A stretch of 32,087 nt of DNA from Bacillota bacterium (GTDB taxonomy: Bacteria > Bacillota > Sulfobacillia > JAJZYS01 > JAJYTV01), in the NCBI GenBank assembly GCA_021792885.1, contig JAJYTV010000001.1:1-32087 (forward strand). The letters are read 5' to 3'. The position numbers and the translations under genes are program-made. The first letter of the stretch is position 1; every line of letters begins with the position of its first letter. The notes beneath the pieces are model-generated. The model worked only from the letters and a program-made list of their open reading frames with translations. It had not been told where the DNA came from and did not search any database. This document shows, in pieces, positions 8,015 to 15,872 of the stretch.

Positions 8015-8962
8015 TTGAAGGCGATCCGCGTCCATGCGTTCGGAGACCCGGACGTGCTGCAGGTTGAGGAGATCCCGACGCCGGCGCCGGGTCCGGGAGA
8101 GGTGCTCGTGCGGCTGCGCGCGGCCGGCGTGAACCCGGTGGAGACCTACGTGCGCTCCGGCAACTACGCGCGCCTGCCGGATCTCCCCTACACGCCGGGA
8201 GGCGACGGGGCAGGGGATGTCGAGGCGGTCGGCGAGGGGGTTTCTTCGCTGCGCGCTGGCGACCGCGTCTACGTGACGCAGGGCGCGACCTACGCGCAGT
8301 ACTGCACCTGTCCCGCCGCTGCCGCCCACCCGCTGCCTGCCCGCATCTCGTACGCCCAGGGTGCGGCGCTCGGCATTCCCTATGCGACGGCCCTCTACGC
8401 GCTGCGCCGCACATCTGCGCGCGCCGGCGACTGGCTGCTCGTGCGGGGCGGCAGCGGCGCCGTCGGCGTTGCCGCGGTGCAGCTTGCGAAGGCGCGCGGC
8501 CTGCGCTCGGTCGCGACGGCGGGCACGCCCGAGGGGCTCCAGATGCTGCGCGAGATCGGGGCGGACGCAGCGCTCTCGCACGACGACAAGGAGGGAGCGC
8601 GCGCCGCGACCGGCGGGCACGGCTTCGACGTGGTGATCGACGTGGCGGCGCATCAGGGGCTCGGCCAGGACCTCGAACTCCTCGCGCCGGGCGGGCGCGT
8701 CGCCGTGATCGGCGCGCGCGGGCCGGCGGAGATCCAGCCGCGCATGCTCATGTCGGTGGGCGGCAGCGTGCACGGCGTGCTGCTCTTCCTGCTCGACGAC
8801 GAGGAGCTCGGCCGCCTGCACCGCGAGATCGTCGCGGGCCTGCGCGACGGCACGCTGACGCCGGTCGTCGGGAAGAGCTTCCCGCTGGAAGACGCCGCCC
8901 AGGCGCACCGCGCGGTGCTGCAGAGCGGCGCGCGCGGCAAGGTGACGATCGAGGTCGGCTGA
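8015..8962 (+). CDS. NADPH:quinone oxidoreductase / zeta-crystallin-type medium-chain dehydrogenase
   Basis: A TTG start at 8015, behind GGAAGGGAG, gives MKAIRVHAFGDPDVLQVEEIPTPAPGPGEVLVRLRAAGVNPVETYVRSG. A nucleotide-binding motif LLVRGGSGAVG is present. Confidence 0.85.
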   Translation: MKAIRVHAFGDPDVLQVEEIPTPAPGPGEVLVRLRAAGVNPVETYVRSGNYARLPDLPYTPGGDGAGDVEAVGEGVSSLRAGDRVYVTQGATYAQYCTCPAAAAHPLPARISYAQGAALGIPYATALYALRRTSARAGDWLLVRGGSGAVGVAAVQLAKARGLRSVATAGTPEGLQMLREIGADAALSHDDKEGARAATGGHGFDVVIDVAAHQGLGQDLELLAPGGRVAVIGARGPAEIQPRMLMSVGGSVHGVLLFLLDDEELGRLHREIVAGLRDGTLTPVVGKSFPLEDAAQAHRAVLQSGARGKVTIEVG

Positions 8963-8964
8963 GG

Positions 8965-9789
8965 TCATGCGCCCGCGAGGTCGCGCAGCGCGATGCGCGC
9001 GTTCTCGAGGTGGCGCTCGTAGAGGTAATCGGGGATCGCGCCGCGCCAGGCTCCCGCGCTGCGCCGGGCCGCCTCCGCAGGGGTGTCGCTCTGCGCGGAC
9101 GCTTGCAGGAGGGCGTCGAGGTAGCGGCGCGACTCGTCGAGGCGCGCCGCGATCGCCACGCTGCCGAGCGCCGGGGTGCCGTGCTGGGAGACGAGCAGCG
9201 CGGGGCCGAGCGACGCCAGGAGCCCTTGGAACTTCTCCAGCGTCGCGCGGTAGCGCAGTGCGCCCACATCGATGAACGGGAATTCGCAGTCCGAGAGGTA
9301 GTCGCCGACGATCAGGGCGCGCGTCGGGCGGTGAAAGAGCGCGAGCCCGTCGGACGTGTGCCCGTCCGTGTGGTACAAGAGGCACTCGCCGAGTTCCTCG
9401 CCGTCTGCCGCGATGGCGATGTCGCGGCGGACGGGCCCGGTGAGCGGCATGGTCCGCGCGATGTAGTGCTCGCCGTCGAAGCGGCGCAGCGCGTCGCGGG
9501 CACGCGCCTCGTTCCGCTCATCCCAGGTCGCGTGCGTCACGACGGCCGCGTCCGGGAAGGCGGGTGCGCCGGCGATGTGGTCGAAGTCGGAATGGGTGAG
9601 AAGAACGCGCAGCGGTGTTCTTGCCTCGCGGGCAAGGCGTACCGAAAGGGAGCGTGCGGCGAGGATCTCCTCTTCGAAGAACCCGGGATCGATGCACATC
9701 ACGCCCGACCTGTCCGCGAGCACGGCGCACTGCGTCTGGTACAGCAGCGAGGGCTGCAAGTAGAGGCCCGGGGCGATCTCCCGGAACAT
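8965..9789 (-). CDS. MBL-fold metallo-hydrolase
   Basis: 274 aa. LLTHSDFDHIAG is a variant of the HxHxDH motif in which the second His is Asp. A later HTDGHTSDG is also present. ATG 9789 follows GGAGGGA. Confidence 0.8.
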   Translation of the reverse strand: MFREIAPGLYLQPSLLYQTQCAVLADRSGVMCIDPGFFEEEILAARSLSVRLAREARTPLRVLLTHSDFDHIAGAPAFPDAAVVTHATWDERNEARARDALRRFDGEHYIARTMPLTGPVRRDIAIAADGEELGECLLYHTDGHTSDGLALFHRPTRALIVGDYLSDCEFPFIDVGALRYRATLEKFQGLLASLGPALLVSQHGTPALGSVAIAARLDESRRYLDALLQASAQSDTPAEAARRSAGAWRGAIPDYLYERHLENARIALRDLAGA

Positions 9790-10162
9790 GGCGGTCCCTC
9801 CCAGGGGGAAGTCTTCTCCCGGAGCGCCAAAAGGCCTTCTGGGGCCGCGGCGAGGCTTCGTGGCGGGTCTCGTGCGGCAGGATCAGGGCGCTTCGCCGAA
9901 AGTAAAGCGGCGCGAAACCAGAATCATTCGACAAGCCGTTTTTCGACAACAATCGCGCGGGCGCAGGCACTATCCTCTTCCTATCGGGTGTCTTCGCCTC
10001 TTTTTGTCCAAGGGGCGGTTCCTGTCTGCTCGGTTTGTGCTTGGGGGGCTAGCGTCCTTGACTTCGTTTGCCACGGTTCCGACCGAACAACTCATGCTCG
10101 TCGCGGCCGCCTTGACGGCCCCAATCGCGTGGAAGCTATCGCAGCTGCGGCGCGGAGGTGCG

Positions 10163-11761
10163 ATGCGCATCGCATCGATCGTGCCATGGGGAAGCGCCGC
10201 ACCGAAGGCCATCGAGTCCGCACCCAACGGGGAACCGCCCACGGGCTCGCTCGAAAGGGAGGATCCCACCTTGCGCGAGGCCCTGGAGGCCGTCGCGGAC
10301 GGCCTGGTCGTTTACAGCGCGCGGGGCGAAGTCGTCTATGCGAACGACGCCGCGATGCGCCATTTCGGGGTAGAGATCGGAGAGCGGATCGACTTCTCCG
10401 AGCCGGCGCTCGGCGGCGTGCCGCTGCGGCAGATCGACGGCAGGGAGATCCCTCCGGGTCAGTCTGTCGCCGCCCAGGTCATCCGGGGAGGCCGGCGCGT
10501 GCCGCCCGTCGAGCGCTCGCTGCAGCACCCCGACGGCCGCACGATGCACCTGCAGGTCTCCTACGCCGCGCTGCGCGCACAGGACGGGGAGATGACGGGC
10601 CTCGTCTGCACGATCCACGACCTGCGCGTGCGCCTGCAGGAGGAACAGGACCGCAGGGCGGCCTGGCGCAGCGAACTGCTGCGCCGCATGGCCGGGGGGA
10701 TCGCGCACGACTACAACAACTTCCTCACCGTGATCCTGGGCAACCTCTCCCTGGCGCGCGAGGCGGCGGCGGACCGCACGGACCTCGCCGACGCGCTCGC
10801 CGCGATCGAGGAGGCGTCGCTCGGGGCGAAGGACCTGACGCGCCAGCTGCTCGCGATCAGCGGCGGCGATGTCCTGGCCCCCGGCCAGGCGGATCTCGCG
10901 GCGGTCGTCGCGAAGGCGCGCAAGCGGTCGATCGGCGACCGCCGCGTGCGCTGCGACGTGAGCATCCCCGCGCGCATGCCCGCCGTCGCGATCAGTCCGG
11001 AGGCGCTGCAGCAGGTGCTCGAGGAGATCCTGATCATCGCGGCCGGCTCGATGCCGTCGGGCGGCACCGTGCGGGTGGAGGCCCGCCAGACCGAAGAGGG
11101 CATCGCGCTGCGCGTCTCCGACGAGGGCAAGGGATTCCCGGAGCGCGACCTGCCGTACGTCTTCGACCCCTACTTCACCACCTGGCACCGCGGCCACGGC
11201 CTCGGGCTCGCGTCAAGCCGCGCGATCATCGAGAAGCACGGCGGCGCGATCGCGGTCGAAAGCGAGTCCGGGATCGGAACGACCTTCTCGCTGACGCTGC
11301 CGGTGCGTCAGGGGCCGCAGCGGCCGGCCGCGCAGATCGGGGCTGCCGTGCGGCGCATCCTGCTGATGGACGACGACCCCGGTGTGCTGCAGGTCGCGGA
11401 ACGCATGCTGCGCCGGCTCGGCTACGACGTCGTGCCGGCGGTCGACGGCGACGACGCCGTGCGCCGGTTCGTCGAGGCGGAGGCGGCGGGAACGCAGGTC
11501 AACCTTGCGATCCTCGACCTCACGGTGCCGGGAGGCACCGGCGGGGAGGTCGCTGCCCAGCGCCTGCACGAGATGCAGCCGGACCTGCCGCTGATCGTGT
11601 CGAGCGGCTATGCGAGCGGCGACGTCCTGGTGCACTACGAGCGCTACGGCTTCACCGGCGTGATCCTCAAGCCCTACCGCATGGAGGAGCTCGCGCAGAG
11701 CCTTTCGCAGGCCCTGCCGCCGGTGCGCGTCTTTGTGGTGCAGCCGACGCTCTGGGACTAG
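10163..11761 (+). CDS. PAS-domain hybrid sensor histidine kinase / response regulator
   Basis: PAS-like segment (LEAVADGLVVYSARGEVVYANDAAMRHFG). H-box GGIAHDYNNFLTVILG. G1 box SDEGKGF. F/G2 boxes FDPYFTT...GHGLGLA. C-terminal receiver domain (LLMDDD, AILDLTVPG, VSSGY, ILKPY). I chose ATG 10163 behind GGAGG; ATG 10094 is an alternative. Confidence 0.85.
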   Translation: MRIASIVPWGSAAPKAIESAPNGEPPTGSLEREDPTLREALEAVADGLVVYSARGEVVYANDAAMRHFGVEIGERIDFSEPALGGVPLRQIDGREIPPGQSVAAQVIRGGRRVPPVERSLQHPDGRTMHLQVSYAALRAQDGEMTGLVCTIHDLRVRLQEEQDRRAAWRSELLRRMAGGIAHDYNNFLTVILGNLSLAREAAADRTDLADALAAIEEASLGAKDLTRQLLAISGGDVLAPGQADLAAVVAKARKRSIGDRRVRCDVSIPARMPAVAISPEALQQVLEEILIIAAGSMPSGGTVRVEARQTEEGIALRVSDEGKGFPERDLPYVFDPYFTTWHRGHGLGLASSRAIIEKHGGAIAVESESGIGTTFSLTLPVRQGPQRPAAQIGAAVRRILLMDDDPGVLQVAERMLRRLGYDVVPAVDGDDAVRRFVEAEAAGTQVNLAILDLTVPGGTGGEVAAQRLHEMQPDLPLIVSSGYASGDVLVHYERYGFTGVILKPYRMEELAQSLSQALPPVRVFVVQPTLWD

Positions 11762-11810
11762 CGGAGGAAGCGCCGTCCGCTGCGCGAATCTAGCAGCGGA
11801 GGTGGCCGTG

Positions 11811-12809
11811 ATGCTTCCCGAGGCGTTCGAGCGTCAACTGGGAGCCGCCCTCGAGCACCATGTCGTGCTTGTCGCGGGTCAGGAGGCCTTCTTCGCGGAG
11901 CGCGCGCGGCAGGTGCTCTCCAGCGAGCCTGTCGACGAGTCGCGCGTCGGGCCGGGACCGGGCCAGCTGCGCGAGGCGGTCGAGCTCTGGGAGACGCCGT
12001 CCTGGTTCGGGACGCCGCGGCTCGTCGTCGCCTGGGGTGTCGAGGCGCTCGCGCCGAACGCGCGCGCGACGAAGGAGCGCGACGCCGAACTCGCGGCGCT
12101 CGAGCGCGCGCTGCAGGCGGCGCCGGCGGCCCAGGACCGGCTGCTCGTGTTCGCGCCGCAGGCAGACCGCCGGCTGCGGCCGGTGCGCCTTGCGCAAGAG
12201 CGCGGGGGCCTCGTGGACGCCTCGCCGCCCGGGGAGCGTGAGTACGGCGCCTGGGTGCGCCACCTCGCCGCGGCGGAGGGCACGGTGCTGACGCCGCAAT
12301 CGGGGCGGGCCTACGAAGAGAGCGCGCTCGACCTCCTCTCCCTACGCGGGGCGCTTTCGGCCGGCGCGCTCTGCGCGGACGGCCAGCCGATCTCCGAGGA
12401 GGTCGCGCGCTGGGCGGCGCCGCCCGGCGGCGAGCTCAAGGTCTTTGCGCTCACCGATGCGCTGCTCGGCCGCGATCCCGGCGGCATCGCGGCCGCCGTG
12501 CCGCGCCTTCTGCTGCAGGGCGAGTCGCCGATCGGGCTCGTCGCGCTCGCGGCCCGGCAGGTGCGGCTGCTCGCGCGCGCGCTCGCGTTGCGCGCGCAGG
12601 GAGTCGCGCCGCAGGAGTGGCAAGCCCAGCTCGGCGTGCACCCGTTCGTCGCGCGCAAGATCCAAGACGCGTCGCGGCGCTGGCTGCCCGCGGACGTCAC
12701 GGCGGCGCTGCGGGCGCTCCTGCGCTGCGACATCGGACTCAAGAGCGGCGGCGCCGCCGAATCGACGCTGCTGTTGGGACTGATTACCGCGGTGCGGGGC
12801 AACGGCTAG
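11811..12809 (+). CDS. holA: DNA polymerase III delta subunit
   Basis: ATG 11811 lies 8 nt after GGAGG (11798-11802). Length is 332 aa. The C-terminal pattern LKVFALTDALLGRD...ESPIGLVALAARQVRLL is typical of HolA. It sits opposite rpsT, as in Bacillus. Confidence 0.8.
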   Translation: MLPEAFERQLGAALEHHVVLVAGQEAFFAERARQVLSSEPVDESRVGPGPGQLREAVELWETPSWFGTPRLVVAWGVEALAPNARATKERDAELAALERALQAAPAAQDRLLVFAPQADRRLRPVRLAQERGGLVDASPPGEREYGAWVRHLAAAEGTVLTPQSGRAYEESALDLLSLRGALSAGALCADGQPISEEVARWAAPPGGELKVFALTDALLGRDPGGIAAAVPRLLLQGESPIGLVALAARQVRLLARALALRAQGVAPQEWQAQLGVHPFVARKIQDASRRWLPADVTAALRALLRCDIGLKSGGAAESTLLLGLITAVRGNG

Positions 12810-12827
12810 AAGAGGGCAGCAAACGCC

Positions 12828-12855
12828 GCGCGCCCCGGACAACGCCGGGGCGCGC
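12828..12855. terminator. Stem-loop between convergent holA and rpsT
   Basis: 11-bp stem gcgcgccccgg / ccggggcgcgc, with loop acaacg. Confidence 0.6.
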
Positions 12856-12865
12856 ATCTTGCAAT

Positions 12866-13132
12866 TCAGGCGTGCAGCGAAAGCTTCTTGGCGAGGCGCG
12901 ACTTCTTGCGCGCTGCCGCGTTGCGGTGCATCACACCGCGGGTGACCGCCCGATCCAGCTGGCGGCAGGCCTCGCGGAATGTCGCAGCGCTCTCGGCAGC
13001 CGCGTCGCTGTTGGCCACCGCCCGCTCGAAGCGACGGACAGCCGTGCGTACCGTCGAACGGACCGTGCGGTTGCGAAGCCGACGAACCTCCGACAATACA
13101 GCCCGCTTCTTCGCGGACTTGATGTTGGCCAA
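12866..13132 (-). CDS. rpsT: 30S ribosomal protein S20
   Basis: TTG 13132 follows GGAGGTGGAG and gives MANIKSAKKRAVLSEVRRLRNRTVRSTVRTAVRRF... (88 aa). Confidence 0.9.
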   Translation of the reverse strand: MANIKSAKKRAVLSEVRRLRNRTVRSTVRTAVRRFERAVANSDAAAESAATFREACRQLDRAVTRGVMHRNAAARKKSRLAKKLSLHA

Positions 13133-13244
13133 ACGTCTCCACCTCCGACAACGCATTCTAGCATGCGCACGTCATCACGGCAACGGCCAGCCGCGATCTT
13201 GCGGCGATTTGGCGCCGCCCCCGGGCGGACTGCGCCGCAAAGCG

Positions 13245-13743
13245 CCTGCATTGAACCTTTCGCTAGGCGGCCGCGCGAGGCGGACCGAAGTCTCGGCGGC
13301 TTGTCCGGCGGCATGCGCCGCCGCGTGGGGATGGCGCAGGCGCTGCTCTCAGATCCGGGGCTACGCGTCGTCGACGAGCCCACCGCGGGCGCGATCCCGA
13401 GGAGCGCATCCGCTTGCGCAATCTCGGGTCTCGCCACGGAGCGCCTCGTGCTGCTGAGCACCCACATCGTCGAGAACATCAGCCAGACCTGCCGCAACGT
13501 CGCCCTGCTCACGGGCGGGTCGGTCGCCTACGAAGGCACCGTCGCCGACTTCGTCGTGGCGGCCGTGGGTGCGGTCAGGGAGCTCTCGCTGCCCGCCGGG
13601 TACACCCGCGTGGCAGAGGTTGCGGACGCCGCCGGGATGCGCTGCAGGCTCGCGGGGCGCGCCAGCCCCGGGGGCTCCTGCGCGAGCCGTCTCTCGAGGA
13701 CGCCTACGTGCTGCGCATGCAGGAGGGCCGCAGGCCGGGATAG
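13245..13743 (+). pseudogene. Decayed 3' half of an ABC-transporter ATP-binding gene
   Basis: The ABC signature and Walker B are readable (LSGGMRRRVGMAQALLSDPGLRVVDEPTAG). The expected DPEERIRLRNL then appears only in another frame. The original frame resumes with GLATERLVLLSTHIVENI. The conserved tail EPSLEDAYVLRMQ ends in a third reading (frame of ORF 13414-13743). There is no Walker A or N-terminal half upstream. Confidence 0.6.
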
Positions 13744-13838
13744 GCTCGCCGGCGTTGCGCCGCCACGGCCCCGAGAGACGCGACGGGACATTCTCAGGTA
13801 CGCCGCCCGCGCATACAGGCTATGGGGGTGGTCTGGCG

Positions 13839-14939
13839 GTGGCGCGTCGCCTTGGGGTGGTGCACGTCTCGCGCCTGGGCCGGCTCTTCTTGTGGCCGTT
13901 TCTGCTGCTGGCGGCGCTGTTGCTCTACGCGGGCGGAGGGGCGGTCGCGCCCGCGCTCGCGACGCCCGGGACCTGGTCGCGCCAGCCGCCGCAGGCCATC
14001 CCGCTGCCCTCGTCGACGCTGCGCTACCTGCTCGGCGTCGGCGTGCCGTCGCTCGGCCTCGCGCAGCCGATCAAGGCGCCGCTCGGGGCGACCGGGGCGC
14101 GCATCGCCGCCTTCCTCGACTACACCTTCATCGGCATTGCGCCGCACGACCCGACGACGCTCTTCTCGACCGCCTACGCGGGCTTCGGCTTCGCGCTGCG
14201 CGCCCAGTCGCCCTCGGGCCAGCCGCTCACGAGCTGGCTGCAGCAGATCGGCGGGGTGCAGGCCACACCCCCCGCGCCGCAGGCGAGCGCGGGACAGATC
14301 CTCTACGGCCACGGCCAGCCGCTCGTCGCGATCTACTCGACCGAGGGGCTCGGCGCGTACACGGGCAAGCCGATTCCGTCACAGGCGCCGCCTCCGACCT
14401 CCGCCAAGCGCGGCGAGGACGCGCTCGGGCTCGCCCAGTCCCTCGCCCAGGCGCTCGGCAAGGCGGGCGTGCCGACGCTCTTCGCGAACACGGTGAACGA
14501 CGGGGAAGGGGAGCTCGGCGCTTACCTCAAGTCCGGCCAGACGGTGCAGCGCCTCCTGCAGGCGGCGCCCGGCGCCGGCATCGTGCTCGACATCGAGCGG
14601 CCGGCCTACCCGCCGACCGCGGCGGTGCGCACCGCGGGCAGGACGAAGATCGCCGCGATCTCGCTCGTCGTCGGCACGAGCGCGAGCCTGCCGGACAAGA
14701 ACTGGCACAAGAACCTCTCGCTCGCGAAGAGCCTGGGCGGCTACCTGCAGGAGGCCGCGCCGGGCATCTTCGCCGGCATCGCGCAGTCGCCGGACCGGCT
14801 GAACCAGGAGTACTCGCCGACCATCCTGACGCTCGACATCGGCGGCCCGCAGGCGACGCCGCAGGAGGCGCACCGCGCGATCCGCTACGTCGTGCAGGCC
14901 ATCGTCGCCTACTTCGGCGGGGGAGGCGCATCGCCTTGA
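13839..14939 (+). CDS. spoIIP: Stage II sporulation protein P homolog with degenerate signature motifs
   Basis: The C-terminal half is collinear with SpoIIP: ...IAAISLVVGTSASLPDKNWHKNLSLAKSLGGYLQEAAPGIFAGIAQSPDRLNQEYSPTILTLDIGGPQATPQE. The N-terminal signal anchor is RRLGVVHVSRLGRLFLWPFLLLAALLLY. The GTG 13839 start behind GGGGGTGG is tentative. Confidence 0.7.
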   Translation: MARRLGVVHVSRLGRLFLWPFLLLAALLLYAGGGAVAPALATPGTWSRQPPQAIPLPSSTLRYLLGVGVPSLGLAQPIKAPLGATGARIAAFLDYTFIGIAPHDPTTLFSTAYAGFGFALRAQSPSGQPLTSWLQQIGGVQATPPAPQASAGQILYGHGQPLVAIYSTEGLGAYTGKPIPSQAPPPTSAKRGEDALGLAQSLAQALGKAGVPTLFANTVNDGEGELGAYLKSGQTVQRLLQAAPGAGIVLDIERPAYPPTAAVRTAGRTKIAAISLVVGTSASLPDKNWHKNLSLAKSLGGYLQEAAPGIFAGIAQSPDRLNQEYSPTILTLDIGGPQATPQEAHRAIRYVVQAIVAYFGGGGASP

Positions 14940-15023
14940 CCTTTCCTCCATGCGAGGGTAGCATGGCGATACAGGTTGGCCGCCGCCGAGCGGACGGCTG
15001 GCCGCCCGCAGGAGGGAAAAGCT

Positions 15024-15353
15024 TTGGGTGCTACGGTAGGCAGCGTTTCCGAGGACACCTTCGCGACGGAGGTGCTCGGCGCGGACCGTCCGGTGCTCGT
15101 CGATTTCTGGGCGGAGTGGTGCGGCCCGTGCCGCATGGTCTCACCCGTCGTGGAGGACCTCGCGGGGGAGTTCGGCGAGCGCCTCAAGGTCGTCAAGCTG
15201 AACGTCGACGAGAGCCCGCAGATCGCGTCGCAGTACGGCATCATGAGCATCCCGACGCTCGCCGTGTTCGACGGCGGGCGCCTGAAGGACCGCCTCGTCG
15301 GCTACCGGCCGAAGAACCAGTTGCGCCAGGAGCTCGAGCGCACGCTCGCCTGA
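15024..15353 (+). CDS. trxA: Thioredoxin
   Basis: TTG 15024 lies 7 nt after GGAGGG. The protein contains VLVDFWAEWCGPCRMVSPVVEDLA...IMSIPTLAVFDGG with the WCGPC active site (109 aa). Confidence 0.9.
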   Translation: MGATVGSVSEDTFATEVLGADRPVLVDFWAEWCGPCRMVSPVVEDLAGEFGERLKVVKLNVDESPQIASQYGIMSIPTLAVFDGGRLKDRLVGYRPKNQLRQELERTLA

Positions 15354-15380
15354 GCTTGCGTAAGCGCAGTCCCATGGGTC

Positions 15381-15409
15381 GCGGCCGGAGGGAGACTCCC
15401 TCCGGCCGC
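15381..15409 (+). terminator. Stem-loop after trxA
   Basis: gcggccggaggga gac tccctccggccgc, a 13-bp perfect stem. It is followed by gttcggcttct. Confidence 0.5.
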
Positions 15410-15554
15410 GTTCGGCTTCTCATCGCGGCCCTCGCACTGGCGCTCGCCGGTGTGATCCCGCACCTGCTGCGGCGGCCCGCGGCGCCGCAACCGGCTCCGT
15501 CGTCTTCTGCGACAGCGGCGAGTCTCTCGCCGACTGGTCCTAGCACCTCGGCCG

Positions 15555-15815
15555 CTGGGCGAGCGTCAGCTTCGACGCCGCGACGATCATGCCCCAGGGC
15601 GGCGTGCAGGTGCCGGCGCAGGCGCTTGGGCTCGCGCGACACGTGGCCCCCAGCCCTACCTCTGCGGCTCGAACGACAGACCGACTTCGACGCGCGGCAG
15701 CTCGACAGGGCCCTGCGAAGCCCCGGGCGAACGCGCGCGTTGCTCGCGGCGCTCCTGCGCGCGGTGCGCGGCGGGCCCTACGCGGGCATCAACATCGGCT
15801 TCGAAGCGACGCTAG
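15555..15815 (+). pseudogene. Possible relic of a GH18-type (YaaH/YdhD-like) glycoside hydrolase gene
   Basis: One frame reads FDARQLDRALRSPGRTRALLAALLRAVRGGPYAGINIGFE. This resembles the region leading into the GH18 DGxDxDxE motif, here with its Asp residues replaced. The preceding VSFDAATIMPQGGVQVPAQALGLARHV is in a different frame. Nothing remains after the motif. Weak call based on short matches. Confidence 0.3.
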
Positions 15816-15822
15816 CAGAAAG

Positions 15823-15866
15823 GACGAGCCGGGGCGGCCCGCAGTGTGGGCCCGCCCCGGCTCGTC
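15823..15866 (-). terminator. Terminator hairpin of the M20 peptidase gene
   Basis: gacgagccggggcgg ... ccgccccggctcgtc, a 15-bp stem with an extra ccc/ggg pairing. On the minus strand it is followed by TTTCTGC. Confidence 0.6.
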
Positions 15867-15872
15867 ACGCGG

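Noticed and set aside
9010-11793. 927-aa plus-strand ORF
   Set aside because: It is antisense to the MBL gene and off-frame to the histidine kinase. It consists of Arg/Gly/Ala/Pro repeats with no domain signature, whereas the 9788-frame product carries complete PAS, HisKA, HATPase and REC motifs.
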